The translations under genes were made by a program, and so were the position numbers. This document shows positions 52,616-64,000 of a DNA stretch of 64,000 nt, piece after piece. The stretch comes from Octopus sinensis. Taxonomy: Eukaryota. Numbering within the stretch: position 1 is the first letter of the stretch; each line of letters begins with the position of its first letter. Location of the stretch: the NCBI RefSeq assembly GCF_006345805.1, contig NC_043009.1, positions 15,810,001 to 15,874,000 of the forward strand, written 5' to 3'. Below the pieces are notes generated by a model. The model saw only the letters and a program-made list of their open reading frames with translations. It searched no databases and was not told the origin of the DNA.

Positions 52616-52902
52616 ATTTCTATTGACAGCTGACTTAGGTGTATTTTCAATTCGTCTAGCTGGTTTCAGAATGAATGATTTTTTTTCTTTTTTATTACTC
52701 TGTTATGTAAACAACTAATCCTAATGGTTTATTGGATCTATTTTTCTCTACCTTTCGGATTATTATTCCCCCAAGCAAATTTCGTAGAAAATAATTAATT
52801 TAAGGCACAAGAAGCAGTGTTGATTGAAATATGTGCTTATACAATCACATTTAACACGTTAGCGTACATTCGAATTTCAGCTTCAAAATGCTTATGCCTA
52901 GC

Positions 52903-53265
52903 ACATATACTATATAGTTGATGTTGCATGCCCCTTTGACCCACGAATACTCAGGAAGTAAGGCGAAAAGATAGTTAGATACAACCCTCTTAAGTATCAA
53001 ATAGCATGGCTATTAAAATGAAGAAGTTGAAGATAGTGCCGTCGGGGGGAATATAAAGGAAACTGGAATAGAGTACCCAGTAGGACTCTTACAAAAGGTT
53101 TGCCTCCTTGGTACGGCCAGAATCATCAAGAAAGTATTAGATAGCTGAAAAGAGCGAATGCTATGATACTGTAGGCTGCAGGTAGTAATCCTGCTGTGCA
53201 TGCAAGACTCCAGGAACTCCAGCAAAACCTGTGCTAAAGAGATAAGAATGGTCATAATAATGATG
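52903..53265 (+). mobile_element. R4/Dong-type (REL endonuclease) non-LTR element, 3' stub A
   Basis: IVDVACPFDPRIL..EKIVRYNPLKY..LQKVCLLGTARIIKKVL; near-identical DNA to 54180-54500. Confidence 0.85.
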
Positions 53266-53294
53266 AAGGCAATTCAACCTCAATACTTAACGCA

Positions 53295-54593
53295 GCTGGA
53301 ATCAAACACCACGACGTGAAGGAAAAGACAAAAGGAAGTATCTGCAGCGAGTGAGAAAGATATTGGTTTCAAAGCTGAATGCCAGAAGCATAATTTCGGC
53401 AATAAGCTCACGCGCAGTCGCAGTAGTTTGGTATGGTGCAAGAATTCTGAAGTGGATAGAGGAGACGCTAAAAGAGATGTACAGGAAATCAAGAAAGTTC
53501 CTAACGATGCATGGAGCCCATCATCCAGCTGCAAACACCTATCAACTATACAGGAAGAGAGCAAATGCAGGAAGGGGACTGATAAGTGTAGAAGACTGAG
53601 TGCGTATTGTACTCGAGAGCTTATTGAAGTACCTAGCCCAAAGTAAGGAAACTTTACTAGTAACAGTTAGGAGCGAGGGGGTACTGAGAGCAGAGAAAAA
53701 AGGGAAAACAAAGGAAGAAGTACAAAAAGGACATGAAGAAGAATTACGCAAGAAAGGAAAACACAATTCTATGTAGTCAAAACAGAAGTTTCTGGAAAAA
53801 ATAGGTGGGATTGGCTGATGGAAGGAACTTTAAAAAAAGACCAGGCTTTGGCCAGGAACTAGAGGAATGAATAAGTGTCTCCGTTGTGCCGCTTCTGCAG
53901 TAGAGTGGGTGAAACCATTGTCCATATCACAAACAGACACGTTAGACTTACCAAAAACAACTGCAAGTTGTGGCGACACGACCAGGTATCAAAAGTGCTA
54001 CATTGGAAACTGCGAAAAGTGGAGGTTAGAGAGAAGCAAGACGTGGTATGAGAACGAACTGCAAACTGTGGTGGAGATGGAGACTAGCAAAATCCACTGC
54101 GATATCTCAATCCAAACAGAACAGGTGCTAGAGTATAACATACCGGACCTAGTGATGATGGGAAGGTGCACCACATATGTTATATAGTTGATGTTGCATG
54201 CCCCTCTGACCCACGAATACTCAAGAAGGACGGCGAAAAGATAGTTCGATAAAAGCCACTTAAGTACGAAATAGCCCGGCTGTTAAAATGAAGAAGGTGA
54301 AGATAATGCCAATTATTGTTGGGTCCTGGGGAAAAGTATCGGAATGCATCAAGAGAAATATGAAGGAAATAGAGCGCCCACAAAAGGTTTACCTCCTTGG
54401 CAAAGCCAGAATAACCAGGAAAGTATTAGATAGCCGAAAAGAACAGATAGCATGGTAACGTAGGCTGCAGGTAGCAAGCCCGCACACATATAAGACTCGA
54501 TGAGCTCCAACAAAACCCGTGATAAAGGTTTATCAGAGGTTTTATCAAAGTGATGATATTAATGATTATAATCATAATAATAATAATAATAAT
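53295..54593 (+). mobile_element. R4/Dong-type non-LTR element, copy B (RT C-terminus to REL and tail)
   Basis: SKLNARSIISAISSRAV..RKSRKFLTMHGAHHP..LYRKRANAGRGL; WYENE..DISIQTEQVLEYNIPDLV; (ATA)n tail. Confidence 0.88.
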
Positions 54594-54627
54594 ATCAAAC
54601 ACATGCAACATCACACTAGATAGAAAC

Positions 54628-55880
54628 ACCGGGCAATTATAATTATCTGGGAGTGTGTGAAAAGATGGGATAAGACATTCACTAATGAGAGGAAAGATAA
54701 GAAAGGAGTGCTGCCGAAGAGTAAAAGGTATTCTGAAAGCCAAGGTGAATGCCCGAAACGAAATCGAGGCCATAAACACATTGGTCATGCCAGTAATTAC
54801 ATACAGCTTCAATATTATGAACTGGACCCTCTCTGAGTTCATGTTCAACTATGAAATCTGATTACAGCGTGTCGTATGCATCATGCAAAAGTATACACAG
54901 ACCGAGTATACACGACTCCCATTGCTGTTTGCAACTTAACTGCAACAAGCAAACGATTAGATGTTAAGGCTGATTCTGTAAGATGAAGATACCAAAAGTT
55001 TCACTCAGTGACAAAAAACGCAAAATTATACCTCCGAGAAAAGCAACTAAACGAACCAGTACCCGAAGAAAAATGCTATACCAAAGAGACAAATCAAAAC
55101 AAATAAAAAATAATTGAGAAACGGGAGGAAAGACTACTGCATGGTAATACCTGACTAGAATCAGCCACCCTGACTGATATCGAGCATTAACATGCTTTGT
55201 TACTGTCATACTCAGGCCTCAAACCAGAGACTTATAATGCGAAACTTGTAATGGCTTGTGTTCCCACCAATTATTTATGTGAGGGCGGTTGTATGAGCGG
55301 TATATTAACCAGTGCGTGTACTAAACTACCGTGTCATGCTCAGAGATGAGGATATATCATTGCTAATCAAAACCAACCTTTTCATCTAGGAATTGCCAGA
55401 GTAATGTCCTGAAGTAAGGAAGCAGCTGTATAATCGACTGCATAATGTCTGGAAGCAGCAGTCTGACACCAACAGAACACTCGGAAAGCATGACACGATA
55501 GCTTAGTACACGCACTGGTTAATATGCCGCTCATACAACCTCACTCACATAAACAATTGGTAGGAACACAAGCCATTATAAGTTTCCCAGAACACCGAGA
55601 TTATCTTCCTTTGGAATATCAGGGTTTAAACTGATTGATAAATATGGGCAAATAGTCCTGTTCTCATTTTGAAAATCATACTAAATAAAACCTCTCTTCC
55701 CATTGATGTCGCAACCCCCAACGACAAAAATATACCTCAAAACATTTGAAAAACTGAGCAAATCAAAGGACATTAAAATCAGAATAATGTGGCATCTCTG
55801 AACAAAAATATGTATTATTATTGGGGCACTTGTATCAAGAGGAGTAAACATCTCTTGCTGTCCATTCCTAGCCAAAACTG
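54628..55880 (+). mobile_element. R4/Dong-type non-LTR element, copy C (different subfamily, decayed)
   Basis: YNYLG..LKAKVNARNEIEAINTLVMPVITYSFNIMNWT; HDTIA*YTHWLIC..EHKP..IDVATPNDKNI. Confidence 0.8.
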
Positions 55881-55889
55881 AATATATGT

Positions 55890-56400
55890 ACAGACATGAC
55901 CGATGAAGGAACGATATCCACTGGGAAATATGCCAACGCTACAAGATGAAAACTAATAACAAATGTTATGAACATATGCCAACCAATTTACATGACAACT
56001 ACCATGCCATAATCACCTGGGATATACCTGTTCAAACTGACAAAGAAACCCAATTAAAATGTGCAGGCTTAATAATGAAGGATTGGAAGAAAAACACTTG
56101 CTTACTGATAGACATTTCTTTCTCTTCTGAGTAAAATATTGCCCAACAAAGAAGTAGAGAAACTGTCAAAGAACAAAGATGTCGAAATTGAAATGTTTAC
56201 GATGTGGGGCATGAAGTTAAAAACACTAGCAGTAATAACTGAAGCAGTAAGCATTATAAGAACACATAAGAACGAAAAGTTATGCCATACGCACACACAA
56301 AACACTACACACTATCTAAAAATTAGCTATACTAGGCACAACCCACTTCCTACACAAGACAGTATCAATTCTATAACACAACACAAGCAAAAATTAAACA
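55890..56400 (+). mobile_element. R4/Dong-type non-LTR element, REL-domain stub D
   Basis: KCYEHMP..ITWDIPVQTDKE..KKNTCLLIDIS..KEVEKLSKNKDVEIE..MWGMK. Confidence 0.85.
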
Positions 56401-56706
56401 CCGGCAAGACACTCTATTTAAGAAATATCCAATAGAATATACAACTCCACAACGTGTATTCTGTAAGCTGGATACTCAACAGAGAAACACGACTCAACAT
56501 TACATACATAACACACAATACAAACATTAATATAACAAAAGACTGAAGCCAAATTTCATAACAGATATAAAGTACAAGTATAGCAAACAACTTGTACTCA
56601 CTCAACACAAGCAATAACAAGAACACGCAATGCTGAAAACAGCTCATGAACACGGAGGTGTAGCGGGAGGAAAGCAATGTGTTCTTGCCTGAAATTATTC
56701 AATGTG

Positions 56707-58889
<2,183 letters not shown>

Positions 58890-58924
<35 letters not shown>

Positions 58925-59020
58925 CGACGACGACGAGGACGATGAGGAGGAGGAGGAGAGGAGGAAGAGGAGGAGGAAGAGGAGGAGGAAGAGGAGGACG
59001 AAGAGGAGGAGGAAGAGGAG

Positions 59021-59052
<32 letters not shown>

Positions 59053-59095
59053 GGAGGAGGAGGACGATGACGATGATAACGATGATGATGATTTT
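58890..59095. repeat. Compound trinucleotide tract GAT-GAC-GAG/GAA-GAC-GAT
   Basis: Direct reading. Confidence 0.95.
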
Positions 59096-59214
59096 GGCGA
59101 CAAGGACGAAAGATGAGGTGGACAATACAGAGACAGACATAGTGTGTTGGAGTTTAAATATAATAATGAAACGATTTTTAAAAAGTTTACACGGTATACA
59201 CTGGAAGATATAAC

Positions 59215-61268
59215 ATATGCAACGCATACAAATGTAAAAGGAAAAGCGGGGAGGGTGATAACGATGTGGCCCTCCTGATACAGAAACGCCTCTAGGGATA
59301 ATCGAAGAATCTCACTGTCCAAGTGTCCTCTCCATTTAAAGAGGTACACTCCACTCTTGCCATTTTCGCAACTTTCATCCACTTTTGAATAAACTCACTG
59401 GAGGACAGAATTTTCCTCTCCACTCTCAAACACCTTTTCAAGGGAAACTTGAAAAAGTCAATAAGAGCTCTACCAAAGAGGAATATATCTGTCCTCCTGC
59501 CTTTCAACCTTGTCCACCAAACAATCTCTTCCGCCACAGCCACAAGGCAAAGGAAAGCTACCTTGCCTGCCCTATTGAAGGAGTGCGGCGGTGTGATTAT
59601 CATTACATACTCGACAGACAGACGGATCGTCTCACACGTGACAGCAGCTGTTCAACATAACTCCACATGTCAGCAATTCCGGACACTGAACGAGGGCGTG
59701 CAGAACGGTTTCGTCACTCTGCACTCACCTCAGACAAGTCCGCTTAACAGCACATGTAGAGTTATCTGTGACTGTAGAGTTTATCTGTGACTGTAGAGTT
59801 TATCTCGAACCGGTTGTGCCCTCCAGGAAACTGTCCGTAATCGTTCCGGAAAGTCTTCTGGAACAGACTTCAGAGGCGTGCGACACCATGAGTGTGACGT
59901 CGTCCGCGTATGCTGACAATGCCTTTCTTTGTCCCAGTTCCAAAGGGATGCCCTTAGCTGTTCCAACATCCGCTACAGTGGCTTGAGTGCTAATAGCTAT
60001 AGAATAGGTGACAACGGGCAGCCCTGACGGACCGAACGTGCGATGCCAAACGGCTCCGATAGGTGGTCGTTTACTTTGACCACTGAACAGGTGCCACTGT
60101 GCATTGCAACGACACAACTTTTGAAAACCTGTCCGAAACCGCCAGCTGTGATCCCAGCCCTCTCTATGATACATCGCATAAGGTGGAGGTTGTCGCGAAT
60201 AGACCTGCTCGGAATTGCACACGTTTGTGCTTCTCCGACCAGGTTACTGACAAAAAACATCAATCTTTTCGCTAACGCCTGGGCCAAAATCTTAAGCTCT
60301 GTGTTTAGCAGCGCTATGGACCAAAACTTCTCTAGTACGTCCCCGTTGTCGGCGTCCTTCCACATCAATGTCCCACACGTCTGCTAACAGCACTAGGAAT
60401 TTTATCGTATTGTTGCCAGTTGCAGTAGACGTCTCTCAAGAAGTCTGTAAACAAATCTAGCATGAATACATAGAATTCGTAGGGCAGACCATCCAAACCC
60501 TGTGATCTGCGACTTGTGCAATCGCTCATCGCTTCCCAAATTCCAGCAGCTCTTATCGGCCTTTCATGTAACATCACGTCAGCTTTCGAGAGCCGCGGCA
60601 AGCCATCCAGGTACGAACTAAAGTCCAGTGCCGCCGTCTCCAAACAAACGCGCGAAGCGCTGCTGAAAAGCCGCACACATCTGCTCGGAGTTGCATAGAT
60701 CGCGCCCATTCCGATCCGACAAAGATGTGATCGTTGTTTTGTTTCCACGTCGCGTCTCCGCTGTTCGTTCCCATCGGACATCTTTAGTTCGCACCGGCCT
60801 AGCTCTAACAACGCAACCTTCATGAATGCAACCTTCGATGAAATGATCAAGAGTCATTGTCACCGCTAACACATCGGTCACAATGCTCTTTTTATTCACC
60901 TCTTCTAATTTGCTAACTAGTTCACCCTCTAATCTATTCCTTTCTATTGCTAATTTCTTTTGCTAAACGCTATCGATTCTGCTCTAATCGCCCACTTCAG
61001 GGCGGCCCACCACCAGTTGTTACGGATTACCCCAGTCAACTGTTGCTTAACTAGTTCACTAATGATCTGAAGGGGTAGGGGTATGTCTTGGGATGCTGTG
61101 CACAAAAGACTTTGAGGTGATTTATATAACTCCTCAACGGTCACAAGAGACATTTCGGCCTTCTGCTCTTACTATCCACTTAGCTGATCCGCCTATATTA
61201 ACAACCAGGTTTACTTATATATTCTTTCTATCGGTAGAAGAGAGCCGCTGCCACGCGAACCTCATTTC
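59215..61268 (-). mobile_element. Tx1/L1-clade LINE, 5'-truncated and internally deleted
   Basis: WWWAALKWAIRAESIAFSK, SQGLDGLPYEFY, IALLNTELKILA..QTCAIP.RSIRDNL, SVRQGCPLSP, ALSAYADDVT, WSYVEQLLSRV, FFKFPLKR..F.QKW. Confidence 0.92.
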
Positions 61269-61272
61269 GACA

Positions 61273-62518
61273 GTTGTCAAGAAAATTTTTGCCGAATTTT
61301 AAATTTTGGTTTTAAATTACGTATTTTCAAATCAAATTTCATTAAATTACTTTGACTTTATATATCATTTTAAAGCCCGTTTTTCGCTCTGTCTAATTGT
61401 GTTACACTTTTTCATCTTTGAGTAGGCCATTTATACCGGAACGTTGAATACAACATGGACAGAAAGCAAATTCGCACAATTTTCTTATTCCAGTTCAAGC
61501 TAGGCCGAAAAGCTGCTGAAACAGTTCGCGATATCAAGGATGCGTTTGGCCCAGGAACCACTAATGAACGTACAGCAGAATGGCGGTTCAAGAAATTTCG
61601 TAGCGGTGACGAAGATTTAATGATGATAAGCTAGTGGTCGGTCATCGGATTTTGACAACGATCAACTAAGAGCTTTAGTCGAAGCCAATCCACGCACTTC
61701 TGCTCGAGAGCTTGCTTCTGAGTTAGACGTAACATATACAATTTCCAACAACTTGAAAGAGATTGGAAAAACAAAAGTACTTGAGAAAGGGCTGCCGCAC
61801 GAATTGAACGACAATCAAATTAAAAAACGCCGTTTTGAAGTGTCACCTTCCCTTCTTTTACGCAACAAGAACGATCTGTTTCTCGACCGGATTGTGACTT
61901 CCGATAAAAAGTGGATTCTTTAACACAACCGGAGACGCTCAGCTCACTGGTTGGACGCCAACGAAGCACCACGGCACTTCCCGAAGCCAAATATGCACTG
62001 AAAGAAGGCCATGATGATCGTTTGGTGGTCTGTGGCCAGTCTCATCCATCACAGCTTTTTGCATCCGGGCGAAACCATTACGGCGGAGAAGTACTGTTAG
62101 CAAATGGATGAAATGCATAAGAAACTCCGATAACAATAGAGTAGAAAATGACCTACTCTTCTCCACGACAATGTTCGGCCGCACGTCGCACAACTGACCC
62201 TGTAGAAGTTGAATTGGGTTACGAAACTCTGCCTCATCCGCCATACTCACCAGCTCTCTAGCCTACCGACAACCACTTTTTCAAGCATCACGACAACTTC
62301 CTGCGTGAGAAATGCTTAAAAAACTAAGACGATGCCAAACACGCCTTCAACGACTTCATCGCCACCAGAACGCAGGATTTTTACGCTACTGGCTTAAATA
62401 AACTATTTTCGCGTTGGTAAAAGTCTGTTGATTCTGATTAATAATGTTTTGTTGCAGCCGAGATAAGAGCATCTGAATATAAACTTTAAAAACCGCAACA
62501 ACTTTCTTGACAACCTAA
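61273..62518 (+). mobile_element. Mariner element, cecropia (Hsmar1-like) subfamily, decayed; transposase remnant about 61455-62440
   Basis: MDRKQIRTIFLFQFKLGRKAAET..; LPHEL; DRIVTSDKKWI; LLHDNVRPH; HPPYSP; right TIR AAAACCGCAACAACTTTCTTGACAACCTAA|TA; left TIR lacks its outer bases. Confidence 0.95.
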
Positions 62519-63685
62519 TATATTCGATGCATACATCTTTCGCCCTGCTGGTGTGTTGTCTGCTCTATTCTTCTATTTCTTGTTCCAGTTGTATTGTATA
62601 GAACTGTCTGCAAATTAGTTTCTCATTGGACAGATCTAGTGACGTTCAGCGTTGCACTTCACCCACATTTTTCTAACATGCACTCTACACTTTTAAATTC
62701 ATTTTCATTTATACAAACCTTTTCACATATTTGCCGCTTAACGTCGGTGAAACCTCAAACAGCAAGTCTACTTGAGTGATTTCCCTCGTTCTTGTTATTT
62801 TTCGTCAATAATATTTGTGATGGTGTTGATAGTGATGGGTTTCCTTTGGGCACTGGCAGGGATGGTGGAGGTGGCGTTGTTCGAAATTTGTTAAACAACA
62901 GTAAAACGTCTGAATGGCCATCGAATAGCTAGCTGCCTTGTCAGTCTGTGTAAGGTTAATACACAGCCACTCACACTCTCGTATATTGAGGAAGAGTTTC
63001 GCTTGTTCAGACAACAAAATAGTCATTGTTAAAACATATGCAGTTTATTCCATTTTCTTTTCTACGATATATGTGTGTGTGCGTGTGTGTATATATATAT
63101 ATGTGTATATGTGTGAATCTTAGTGCAATGCCTCTTTGGTACATATATTTGAAAAGAAATGTTTTCCTTTTTTTATATGATAGCTCAATGTTCATTTCAA
63201 GCTATTGTTCGTTTGATATTCTTGATGGCTCTCCATCGGTGACTTCCTTTTCGAGGAATAAGTAGAAGTAACGTGTGTTTGTAATATTCACATACATGCA
63301 TGCATGTATATATGCATACATACATACATACATACATACATACATACATACATACATACATACATACATACATAAAGCAAAACATATATAAGAGCAAAAC
63401 ATACAAAACGTCACATGCACATACATAGATAAATAGATACATATATGCATATATACATACATACATACATACATACACACATGCATACAAAAATAGGCAG
63501 TTGTTGATGTTGAATTTCCAATGAATGAGCTTTGGATCTAGGCTAGAACCCGGCTCTTTCTCTGTTGACAAGTAATCATGAAATAAAACTTAACAATGAC
63601 ATACATATGTATACATACATAAATACATATAAATGTAAGCTTGGTATGGGATCAACGATTGATGAGAACATTTGTAATCTATGTA

Positions 63686-64000
63686 TCAGGTTATTGAGAA
63701 TGAAATGTTCGATTTTGAACTGAAAATTTACTTTTTCTCAACCAAAAAAAATTCAGTTAATCAAAGTATGCACTTAAATTCTCAACACAATTTTGCCATT
63801 TTGTCCGCAGCGTATTTATGCTGGCAGCGAGGAATTCTGGAGAGCAAGAATTGATGAAACCACGAAAGGCTGTTTTAACATCTTCAGATTTGAAGTTTTA
63901 ACGCGAAAGTCAGTTGGTGCAAGGTCTGGTGAATATGGTGGCTGACAGAGTACTTCCAAACTCAGTTTCTGTAACTTGAGTAGCCTTCTTTGTACAACTT
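63686..64000 (-). mobile_element. Mariner element 3' end (continues beyond the window)
   Basis: LEVLCQPPYSPDLAPTDF..VKTAFRGFINS.SPEF....INTLRTKWQNCVE..AYFD*; TIR-like TA|TCAGGTT at 63684. Confidence 0.9.

Overview
Eukaryotic, AT-rich, repeat-saturated non-coding DNA. It is most likely an octopus (Octopus sp.) intergenic or deep-intronic region; this is inferred from the SINE families and the (TA)n/(CA)n/(TATG)n density and was not checked by a database search. I found no credible intact host protein-coding gene: almost all track ORFs are microsatellite translations or decayed transposon frames. The window holds at least four tRNA-headed SINE families and decayed DNA transposons (three mariners, a DD37D/maT-type fragment, an intron-containing Tc1, two Helentron-like HINEs). 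It also holds decayed LINEs (CR1, RTE, Tx1/L1, and a tandem pile of four R4/Dong-type REL elements ending in a 2.2-kb (AAT)n tract) and several Penelope-like elements (PLEs), one near full length. The standout signal is a hammerhead-ribozyme (HHR) system. A structurally intact extended type I HHR (44171-44239) sits in a 351-bp terminally redundant, non-coding, retrozyme-like unit that carries a perfect 211-bp fold-back palindrome. Minimal HHRs with a compensatory U3-A8 core occur in two different PLE families (35287-35328; 50383-50422 and its inverted copy). Further HHR-like folds lie in other inverted duplications. All structures were folded by eye, and none of the activities has been tested.
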